A stretch of DNA of 9,346 nucleotides, taken from assembly GCA_964468895.1 (NCBI GenBank), contig CAYXWT010000030.1:1-9346 (forward strand), in the 5' to 3' direction. The notes under the pieces were generated by a model. That model was not told the origin of the DNA. It did no database searches and saw nothing but the letters and a program-made list of their open reading frames with translations. This document shows positions 1-6,327 of this stretch, one piece after another (position 1 is the stretch's first letter; every line of letters begins with the position of its first letter). Source of the stretch: an uncultured archaeon. GTDB taxonomy: Archaea > Iainarchaeota > Iainarchaeia > Iainarchaeales > CSSED10-239. A program made the position numbers and the translations under genes.

Positions 1-115
1 TATAATTCTATGAGGTAATATTTTTAATAATTAGTAAATGGCGAAGTTGGGTTATTAAATAAAAATAATTATAAATAGTCCTCAACAGAAAATATATATA
101 TAAAAAGGTGATATT

Positions 116-1348
116 ATGGATTTTAAAAAAAGATATTTAAAAATCACAGTAATTTTAATAATTTTATTTACATTAAGCTTAAACTTAATTTATGCAAAAG
201 ATCTTATTGTAACTGGTTGTGTAAAAGATAAATTAACTAATGAACCATTTAACTTTATAAGAGTAGATTATCAAATTGATCAAGGGCCAAACTCTAAAAG
301 TTCAGATATGATGTATTATATTACCAATGATGCACTTAAAGATGATTTAAATGCATATGAACCTGAAAGACCAAACAGTTCATTTGGTGGAAAAATATTA
401 CTAAACAATAATGGTTGTTTTAAATTTAGTATTTTTGATAATGTATTTAATATAAATAATTTTTATGGTGCTAGTTTTTACTTTAGAGACGAACGTGTAA
501 CTACTCCAGCACCTTTCTTTACAATTAGTCATAACTATGTAGATTACAACTATTTAGGGAATGAAATTAACTGGGAATATGCTTTAAGTAAATCAGATGA
601 TATTTTATCTCCAACAACAGTTCTTAAAAACATTACAAATGATATTGATGACTATAATGTAACTCTAGGAGATATATATCAGTACCCTAGCGCAGTAATG
701 GTGTTAAATTCAGATATCCCAGTAACATTATTTGTAAAATATTTTGAAGAAGGTGAAAGAACTAATGGGTCTGGAAATTCAGGATTAAAAGAAGGCCATA
801 TTGTAAGAGGAGTAGTACCTATTGCAATTGATTGTTTTATAGAAAATGTTGATGAGAATGGAAATTTATATCAATCGCCTTATTTTAATGCACCAATAGG
901 TACTAAATTAGTAGTTGCCAATTTTGATAATAATATTTATTCTATTGAATTCTTTACAAATAATAACTATACAATACAGAAAAAAAAATTAACTATAGGG
1001 GATCGTACTATCAAAATTAAATATGGTTCAGAAAAGGATTATAATTTAAGTATCTCAAACGAAGTAACACAAGATAATAAAGTGATAACAAAAGAAATGA
1101 AACTAATGATAAAAGATAATAAAAATCAAAATAGTGTTAAAGAAATTGAATTAAAATCAATAGTTAAGATTTTAGAAGAAAACAACATAGATTCAAAACA
1201 AATTAAAAATAAAGAGATAATTATTAAAAAAATAGATAATTCAGATAAATTAGAATATACTTTTGGCTTAGAAAAAAGATTTAAATTGTTCAACATTATC
1301 CCATTATGGAAATATACAGAAAATAAAATATTTAATGCAGAAAAATAA
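116..1348 (+). CDS. Secreted or membrane-anchored protein of unknown function (N-terminal signal/anchor helix, K/N/E-rich C-terminal tail)
   Basis: 410-aa ORF. The ATG is preceded by GGTGAT with a 3-nt spacer. The N-terminus MDFKKRYLK plus hydrophobic ITVILIILFTLSLNLIYA looks like a signal peptide or anchor. I can name no catalytic motif. It is the only long + strand gene and is convergent with the - strand block. Confidence 0.6.
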   Translation: MDFKKRYLKITVILIILFTLSLNLIYAKDLIVTGCVKDKLTNEPFNFIRVDYQIDQGPNSKSSDMMYYITNDALKDDLNAYEPERPNSSFGGKILLNNNGCFKFSIFDNVFNINNFYGASFYFRDERVTTPAPFFTISHNYVDYNYLGNEINWEYALSKSDDILSPTTVLKNITNDIDDYNVTLGDIYQYPSAVMVLNSDIPVTLFVKYFEEGERTNGSGNSGLKEGHIVRGVVPIAIDCFIENVDENGNLYQSPYFNAPIGTKLVVANFDNNIYSIEFFTNNNYTIQKKKLTIGDRTIKIKYGSEKDYNLSISNEVTQDNKVITKEMKLMIKDNKNQNSVKEIELKSIVKILEENNIDSKQIKNKEIIIKKIDNSDKLEYTFGLEKRFKLFNIIPLWKYTENKIFNAEK

Positions 1349-1354
1349 AATTAT

Positions 1355-1388
1355 ACATTTTGGCAGAAATTGAACTAAAAGTCAAAAG
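1355..1388 (-). repeat. Cassette-boundary repeat copy R1 (degenerate, terminal copy of the array)
   Basis: + strand acattttggcagaaattgaactaaaagtcaaaag; 25/34 identical to copy R5. In - sense it reads tttAG-TTCAATT-TCTGC-CAAAATG-T. It lies 8 nt past the ATPase stop, between the two convergent genes. Confidence 0.7.
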
Positions 1389-1395
1389 TAGAGTT

Positions 1396-2661
1396 TTATT
1401 TTAGTAACCATTCGTATATAGGAATCATTTCTATAGTTTTTCCATTTATTTCTATTTTCTCTTTATATTCATAAGTTATAATTTCACCATAATCTAAATT
1501 AAATTTATTTAAAGCAGATAACAATCCTTCAATCTCTCTTTTTCTTGTATCTGCTTTTTTAAAAGCATAACAAACTTGTAATGCTTTAACTACTTTTCTA
1601 TTATTCAACACTAAAAAATCACATTCTTTATTATCTTTATCTCTATAATAATAAAAATTAGATTTAGGATTATTTCTCCATAATTCAATAAAAACTTGAT
1701 TTTCTAAAAATCTAGGTTCTCCTATTGAATATCCAAACCCAATTTTATTTAATAAACCATTATCAATACAATAAAATTTTTTTGAATATTTATTTAATTT
1801 TTGTAAAGATGAAGAAAATCTTTTTACTTCGAAAATTAAATATGTTAACTTAAGATAATCTATATAATTTGATATAGTAGTGATATTTTTAATATTAAAA
1901 TTATCTTTTAATGATTTATAAGTAAATTCATTAGTTGATAAAGATATAACATAATTACAAAAATCTTTAAATAAAGAAATATCTTTTATTTTAAATCGTT
2001 CAATTATATCTTTTGATACAATGTCAGAATAAATATTTAATAAAATAGAGGTATCATTTGCAATAACTACTTCTGGAAAACCCCCACATTTAAAATAATT
2101 TTTAAATTCTCTTATTATTTTGGTTTTAGTTTTTGTAGAATCCAAATCAATTTTTATATTTTTATATCTTAAATATTCTTTAAAAGAAAAAGGAAATAAA
2201 GTTTTATCAATATGTCTTCCTGTTAAATAAGTAGATAATTCTTTGCTTAACATATTTGAGTTTGAACCAGTTACAAAACATTTATAACCAATTTTTTTCA
2301 TTCTATTTACAAACTTATTCCAATTTGGTAATCCTTGTATTTCATCAAAGAAAAAAGCTTTTCTTTTTCCAAATTTTTCAAGAAATGTTTCATACAATAA
2401 TTGAAAATCTTCTGTAGTAAATTTAGAAATTCTTTCATCAGAAAAATCAAAATAATAAAAATCATCTTTATAATATAGATTAATTATCTGTTCTAAAAGA
2501 GTAGATTTACCACACCTTCTGACCCCTGAAATAATTGAGATGGCTGGATTTTTCACAAAAGAGTTTATATTTTTTAAATCATCTCTTAAAAGGGTATCTA
2601 AAACTCCTTTTAAATCTTCATATTGATCAGTAATTACATTTCTTAAATATTCTTTGTTCAT
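1396..2661 (-). CDS. AAA+ ATPase of the COG1373 type (AAA_14 N-domain plus DUF4143-like C-domain)
   Basis: Walker A GVRRCGKST and Walker B AFFFDEIQ. The downstream VTGSNSNMLSKELSTYLTGRHIDKTLFPFSFKEY stretch is typical of this family. The ORF-track start (GTG at 2670) is the GTG inside the SD GTGAT. ATG at 2661 (gtgatagctATG, MNKEYL...) is the more likely start. Confidence 0.85.
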   Translation of the reverse strand: MNKEYLRNVITDQYEDLKGVLDTLLRDDLKNINSFVKNPAISIISGVRRCGKSTLLEQIINLYYKDDFYYFDFSDERISKFTTEDFQLLYETFLEKFGKRKAFFFDEIQGLPNWNKFVNRMKKIGYKCFVTGSNSNMLSKELSTYLTGRHIDKTLFPFSFKEYLRYKNIKIDLDSTKTKTKIIREFKNYFKCGGFPEVVIANDTSILLNIYSDIVSKDIIERFKIKDISLFKDFCNYVISLSTNEFTYKSLKDNFNIKNITTISNYIDYLKLTYLIFEVKRFSSSLQKLNKYSKKFYCIDNGLLNKIGFGYSIGEPRFLENQVFIELWRNNPKSNFYYYRDKDNKECDFLVLNNRKVVKALQVCYAFKKADTRKREIEGLLSALNKFNLDYGEIITYEYKEKIEINGKTIEMIPIYEWLLK

Positions 2662-2690
2662 AGCTATCACAAATATAATATACTATAGAA

Positions 2691-2704
2691 ATATTTATAA
2701 ATAT
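2691..2704 (-). promoter_or_regulatory. TATA-like box upstream of the ATPase cassette gene
   Basis: The perfect A/T palindrome atatttataaatat lies 30-43 nt upstream of ATG 2661. Similar boxes occupy the same position before hicB and the RHH gene. Low specificity in DNA this AT-rich. Confidence 0.3.
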
Positions 2705-2763
2705 AATCTATTAGTAAAAGAGAATAACCTACATTATAGTCTATTTACAAAATAAGAAATAAA

Positions 2764-2797
2764 AGTCTTTGACAAGAATTGAACCAAAAGTTAAAAA
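2764..2797 (-). repeat. Cassette-boundary repeat copy R2
   Basis: + strand agtctttgacaagaattgaaccaaaagttaaaaa; 29/34 identical to R5. In - sense it reads tttGG-TTCAATT-CTTGT-CAAAGAC-T. It sits between the zinc-ribbon gene stop (2831) and the ATPase start (2661). Confidence 0.9.
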
Positions 2798-2830
2798 TGT
2801 CCTTTTTTTATTTTTGTAATATAATTAAAA

Positions 2831-3310
2831 TTAGATGTTACAAGTAATTAATGTTGTAATTGCCTTCATTGAAAATAAATTTTGATAATACCTTTCTATT
2901 TTGTATCTACTGGTAATTTCAACATTACCTATTATTGGTTTTTCACCTAATATAAAATCAGCTTTTTTCTTTGTCATACCTGTCTGAATTAAATTATAAT
3001 TTTCGTTCATAATTCCGCTAAAGTTTAAATCTACTTCAAAAGTATTAACATCACTACCTGGATTATTTTCAGTGCTAGTCATACCTATAATCAAAGCAAT
3101 AATAATTATTAAAATAAGTATTATAACAGGTAAGCCAAATATAATTATTAAAATCCATGCCCATAATGGCATTGGTTTTTTATTAGAATTATTGGAATTA
3201 CTACCAGTCCCTTTTTTTAGAAAGTCATTTTTTTTAGCACCACAGTTAGAACAAACTGTTGCATCTTTAAAAATTTCTTTACCACATTCCCAACAATAAA
3301 TCTTATTCAT
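2831..3310 (-). CDS. Zinc-ribbon membrane-anchored protein (N-terminal CxxC...CxxC ribbon, one TM helix, small extracytoplasmic domain)
   Basis: The ATG is preceded by GGTGTGA. The N-terminus is IYCWECGKEIFKDATVCSNCGA, followed by an N/S-rich linker and the TM helix LWAWILIIIFGLPVIILILIIIIALIIGM. The C-terminal YNLIQTGMTKKKADFILGEKP resembles small lipoprotein/BLIP-like domains (weak). Confidence 0.7.
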   Translation of the reverse strand: MNKIYCWECGKEIFKDATVCSNCGAKKNDFLKKGTGSNSNNSNKKPMPLWAWILIIIFGLPVIILILIIIIALIIGMTSTENNPGSDVNTFEVDLNFSGIMNENYNLIQTGMTKKKADFILGEKPIIGNVEITSRYKIERYYQNLFSMKAITTLITCNI

Positions 3311-3370
3311 ATTTCACACCAAAACATTTTAAATTGTAAAAAATATTTTCCCACACAATCTATTTTTCAA

Positions 3371-3394
3371 AAATAAAAAAATCTTTAAAAGATT
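3371..3394 (-). terminator. Weak hairpin plus T-tract just after the TM2 gene stop
   Basis: aatctt (3380-3385) pairs with aagatt (3389-3394) around a 3-nt loop. In - sense this is followed by tttttattt (3379-3371). The stem is only 6 bp and A/T-rich, starting 4 nt past the stop at 3398. Confidence 0.25.
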
Positions 3395-3397
3395 ATT

Positions 3398-3718
3398 TTA
3401 AAACCATTCAATATTCTTGAATTTAAACTTGGTTCCAATTAATATTAAATCTATAAGCCACCAAATACTAAATCCACCAAAAGTTAATAATTTTAAAATT
3501 CCAAGTCCAACATGACCCATAATAAATCTATCTACACCTATACATCCAAAAAAGATAGACATAATTAATGTTAATGTCCAATTTACTTTCTTTGTATTAC
3601 CGTTATTTTCAAATTCATCTTTTTGATTTCCATTTTTTACTGGTGCTCCACAATGAACACAAATATCTGAAGAGTCTGATATTTTTTTACCACATTCTCT
3701 ACAATATATTAAAGCCAT
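3398..3718 (-). CDS. TM2 domain protein with N-terminal zinc ribbon
   Basis: IYCRECGKKISDSSDICVHCGA forms the zinc ribbon. FFGCIGVDRFIMGHVGLGILKLLTFGGFSIWWLIDLILI matches the TM2 domain signature. The track start (GTG 3727) lies inside the SD GTGAT. ATG at 3718 (gtgatatttATG, MALIYC...) is preferred. Confidence 0.8.
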   Translation of the reverse strand: MALIYCRECGKKISDSSDICVHCGAPVKNGNQKDEFENNGNTKKVNWTLTLIMSIFFGCIGVDRFIMGHVGLGILKLLTFGGFSIWWLIDLILIGTKFKFKNIEWF

Positions 3719-3776
3719 AAATATCACAATTTAAATTTTAATTTGAAGATTTTGTTTACATCTAGTTTTACTATAA

Positions 3777-4049
3777 TTATTTACTTATTTTACTAATCCA
3801 TTTTTCATAATCTTTATGACTTTTAAAACAATCTATAAAAATCAATGTTTTTCCTTCAATTTTATATATTAATCTCGCAGAAGTAGTTATTTTTTCCACA
3901 AAATAAGGAAGACCATATTTTAAATGCTTTCTAGAGATATCTTCTTGTTTTACTTTTTCAATTTTTTTGATAAACCTTTTCTGTAAATCTTTTGGAAATT
4001 CATCTAAACTATCAAAAAAATTAGGAGAATACTCTATTTTAAAACTCAA
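3777..4049 (-). CDS. RelE/ParE-superfamily type II toxin (putative)
   Basis: The pattern KIEYSPNFFDSLDEFPKDLQKRFIKKIEK...KHLKYGLPYFVEKITTSARLIYKIEGKTLIFIDCFKSHKDYEK fits the RelE/ParE fold consensus. It directly follows the RHH gene. The track start GTG 4058 is again within GTGAT, and TTG at 4049 (GTGATaaacTTG) fits the local SD spacing. The start is uncertain by 9 nt. Confidence 0.6.
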   Translation of the reverse strand: MSFKIEYSPNFFDSLDEFPKDLQKRFIKKIEKVKQEDISRKHLKYGLPYFVEKITTSARLIYKIEGKTLIFIDCFKSHKDYEKWISKISK

Positions 4050-4058
4050 GTTTATCAC

Positions 4059-4325
4059 TTATATTAAATGACTATATTTTTTTTTAAAATCTTCTTCTGA
4101 ATAAAGCTTTTTTCCAGATTTTTTAATATCTTTTAAATCTCTTTCTACTGCCTTTCCTACTAATTTTAATTCTTCCTTTGAAATATCATTATTTAAATAT
4201 CTTCTGCTTAGTTCTATTACGCCTAATCTTACTATTTCAGATCTTGTATTAAAATATCCTTCTTTTAATAATTGATCCATGCATTCTTTTGGTTTTCCTT
4301 TTAATCTTACTAAAAATTCATACAT
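4059..4325 (-). CDS. Ribbon-helix-helix (CopG/RelB/ParD-like) antitoxin/transcriptional repressor
   Basis: YEFLVRLKGKPKECMDQLLKEGYFNTRSEIVRLGVIEL has a beta-strand/helix/helix RHH layout. It abuts the toxin gene, with the stop at 4059-4061 next to the toxin SD. The track GTG 4334 lies inside the SD, so ATG 4325 (gtgataagtATG) is preferred. Confidence 0.7.
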   Translation of the reverse strand: MYEFLVRLKGKPKECMDQLLKEGYFNTRSEIVRLGVIELSRRYLNNDISKEELKLVGKAVERDLKDIKKSGKKLYSEEDFKKKYSHLI

Positions 4326-4357
4326 ACTTATCACTATAATATTATAGACTAATTAAG

Positions 4358-4383
4358 TTTAAATAGATATCTATTTGATATCT
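4358..4383 (-). promoter_or_regulatory. TATA-like box plus twin GATATCT sites (candidate operator of the RHH antitoxin)
   Basis: tttaaata (4358-4365) lies 33-40 nt upstream of ATG 4325. GATATCT occurs at 4366-4372 and 4377-4383, 11 bp centre to centre. Because GATATC is palindromic, these also form the inverted repeat AGATATC-tattt-GATATCT (4365-4383). Confidence 0.4.
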
Positions 4384-4393
4384 TTTAGAAATC

Positions 4394-4427
4394 AGCTTCT
4401 GATAGGAATTAAACTAAAAATACTCTT
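4394..4427 (-). repeat. Cassette-boundary repeat copy R3 (right third degenerate)
   Basis: + strand agcttctgataggaattaaactaaaaatactctt. The first 25 nt have 3 mismatches to R5; overall identity is 23/34. In - sense it reads tttAG-TTTAATT-CCTAT-CAGAAGC-T. Confidence 0.7.
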
Positions 4428-4560
4428 TAATATTAAATCATAAAAATTAGTTATTAGATTATTTTTTTAAATCTAAAATAAAGCTTTCACCTATATTAAT
4501 AATTGCCAACAATTCTAAATAGTTGCCTAAAAAATTAATTATATAGCAAATTAAGGTTTT

Positions 4561-4597
4561 TATATGAAATTTAATTTAAATTTATAAATTTCATATA
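4561..4597. other. 13-bp perfect inverted repeat overlapping the stop of the membrane-protein gene
   Basis: tatatgaaattta (4561-4573) is the exact reverse complement of taaatttcatata (4585-4597), with an 11-nt spacer. The right arm contains the TGA stop (4591-4593). Confidence 0.6.
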
Positions 4598-5115
4598 TTA
4601 AACCAACAATTTATAACAATTATTTTAATTAAATCCAAAATTATTAACATCAATAAAATATAAAAAGTTTGTTTAATAGTTATAATATTTAATTTAAAAA
4701 TTATAGAAATCAAACAAATTATAAATAATAAAATTATTATTAAAGACACTATACTTTCAACAATAAGTGATAAATCAGTAAACATAATTGTGCCTCCAAA
4801 AATAAAAAATAAACAAAAAATAATAATAGATAAAATATTAACTGATTTTAATAAAACATTTTTTTGAGACTTAAATGGATTATTTAAAAAATAAATTAAG
4901 AAAACTATACTTGGAATTAACAATGCATAGATACTTATTCCTAATCCACCGGAATTTCCTTCAATACAAATAATTATAGAATTAATAATAGATACTAAAA
5001 CAAATATTAGTGATATTACTACTGCCCATGTTTAGGTAGTTTTTTTTTCTAAAAAATCAAATAAGTTTTTGCTTTTACTTGATTTGAGGTTATTTGTTTT
5101 TAATTTCTTATTCAT
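4591..5115 (-). pseudogene. Polytopic membrane protein gene interrupted by an in-frame TAA (5032-5034)
   Basis: The track lists only 4591-4923 (TTG start). That frame stays open upstream to 5031 with no ATG, GTG or TTG in between. Immediately upstream, a single in-frame TAA separates it from a 27-codon ORF starting at ATG 5115 (MNKKLKTNNLKSSKSKNLFDFLEKKTT), with GTGG 8-9 nt upstream. The joined product has a basic cytoplasmic N-tail followed by TM helices (TWAVVISLIFVLVSIINSIIIC...), a natural architecture. Confidence 0.5.
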
Positions 5116-5208
5116 AAATTCGCCACTTAATAATATTATACTTATATTATATTCCAAATTAATTCATAAATACAGCTTTTATTGGTTTATGACATTTACT
5201 AAAATAAA

Positions 5209-5242
5209 ACTGTCTGACAAAAATTAAACCAAAAGTGAAAAA
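5209..5242 (-). repeat. Cassette-boundary repeat copy R4
   Basis: + strand actgtctgacaaaaattaaaccaaaagtgaaaaa; 26/34 identical to R5. In - sense it reads tttGG-TTTAATT-TTTGT-CAGACAG-T. Confidence 0.75.
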
Positions 5243-5351
5243 CGCTTGGTTTTATTTAATATAAGAATAGTTAAACTAAAGTTAATAAGTAATTTTTCTA
5301 AAAAAAAATTACATTAAATATTGGAACAATTAAAGAAAAAAAGAAATAATA

Positions 5352-5540
5352 TTATTTCTTTAAAATCTTTGCTATAGGATATATTGCCAAAATCAAACAA
5401 ACTACTAAAAACCAAACCCAATTTGTTTTAATTACCCAATTAGCAAACTGAGGCCATACAGCTATTAAAAATAAAGTTGCACTTAAAACACTTAATTTAA
5501 TTGAAGCTATTGACCATAAATCTAATTTTGCAAAATTCAT
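5352..5540 (-). CDS. Small two-TM membrane protein, unknown function
   Basis: 62-aa ORF with a strong SD (aaaGGAGGaaataaaATG). It has two hydrophobic helices, SIKLSVLSATLFLIAVWP and WVWFLVVCLILAIYPIA. Confidence 0.55.
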   Translation of the reverse strand: MNFAKLDLWSIASIKLSVLSATLFLIAVWPQFANWVIKTNWVWFLVVCLILAIYPIAKILKK

Positions 5541-5575
5541 TTTATTTCCTCCTTTAAATTATTATATATAGTATA

Positions 5576-5615
5576 AACAAAATTGAAAAAACAAACTAAA
5601 AATCAAAAACGCTCA
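5576..5615 (-). repeat. Possible degenerate eighth repeat copy between the HNH-like gene and the small membrane protein gene
   Basis: aacaaaattgaa[aaaacaaa]ctaaaaatcaaaaacgctc. The aaattgaa and ctaaaaatcaaaaa parts match R1 (aaattgaa/ctaaaagtcaaaag) and cgctc matches R6/R7, but an 8-nt insertion is needed and the left part (cttctgacagg) is largely lost. Confidence 0.3.
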
Positions 5616-5661
5616 TTAAGAAACATAATTACAAATAATTTTCTTAATGAATATTCTTATA

Positions 5662-6108
5662 TTAATTATATTTTATTAAATCTTTCCATTCTCCAAAATC
5701 TGTAGTCCATTTATGTGTTGACCTTTTACGCCATACATTAAAAGCATTATCACGATACTCTTCAAAAACATTTTTAGCCACACCATTTATTTTTAAAAAA
5801 TGATTAATGAGTCTATCCATATCTAATAATCCTTTACTTGCTTGTATTTCTGCAAAACCAATATGTTTAATCATATGACAATCTGGACATAACGCAATAA
5901 ACCCTTTTAGTTTTTGAATATGATTAACATCATCATATTCCCAAATTTCATGACAATTTAATTTACCTTTAGCTCCACAAACTCCACAACAATTATTATA
6001 ATCTTTATATGCTTTAAATCTAATTTTATCCCATTCCTTTTTAGGAATTTGTTTTCTTAGATTTAAATACCATGCAGTTTCAGGAACTAATTCTATTTCT
6101 AATTTCAT
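5662..6108 (-). CDS. HNH-like zinc-finger (putative nuclease) protein
   Basis: CGVCGAKGKLNCHEIW...N...LCPDCHMIKH gives a CxxC...H...N...CxxCHxxxH arrangement, as in beta-beta-alpha-metal HNH modules. The ATG is preceded by GTGGT. I cannot name a subfamily. Confidence 0.55.
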   Translation of the reverse strand: MKLEIELVPETAWYLNLRKQIPKKEWDKIRFKAYKDYNNCCGVCGAKGKLNCHEIWEYDDVNHIQKLKGFIALCPDCHMIKHIGFAEIQASKGLLDMDRLINHFLKINGVAKNVFEEYRDNAFNVWRKRSTHKWTTDFGEWKDLIKYN

Positions 6109-6285
6109 ATAACCACTTTAACTTAATTTCATTTTTACAAACCTTTCTACTTATCATCTAATTATAGTTTTAAATAATAACTTTATAATCCAAAATATTT
6201 ATAGAGTCTACTGTTTAAATTAGTATTTTAGAATATAAATTAGAAAAAAGTTTTTGGTTAAAAGCCCCTAAAAAAAGTTAACCTT

Positions 6286-6319
6286 AGCTTCTGACAGGAA
6301 TTGAACCAAAGGTTAAAAA
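6286..6319 (-). repeat. Cassette-boundary repeat copy R5 (reference copy; flanked by a perfect 8-bp stem)
   Basis: + strand agcttctgacaggaattgaaccaaaggttaaaaa. In - sense it reads tttGG-TTCAATT-CCTGT-CAGAAGC-T. ttaacctt (6278-6285) is the exact complement of aaggttaa (6309-6316). The core ends 8 nt from the hicA stop. Confidence 0.9.
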
Positions 6320-6327
6320 CATTCAGT

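Noticed and set aside
3072-3299. 75-aa + strand ORF from the track
   Set aside because: It lies entirely antisense within the zinc-ribbon membrane protein gene (2831-3310). Its I/L/K-rich sequence is the mirror of a TM-coding, AT-rich stretch. It has no SD and no recognisable motif, so it is a shadow ORF.
3311-3397. Possible decayed repeat copy between the two zinc-ribbon genes (aaattgtaaaaaatatt), and similarly at 3728-3776 (aatttgaagatttt)
   Set aside because: Only a 6-8 nt resemblance to the aaattgaa part of the core, within low-complexity A/T sequence. None of the cttctgaca or ccaaaggttaaaa parts are present.
5028-5030. ATG at 5030 as the start of the membrane protein, which would require a frameshift
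   Set aside because: It is out of frame with the long ORF and terminates after 15 codons. The in-frame TAA model, with the start at 5115, explains the whole region without invoking a frameshift.
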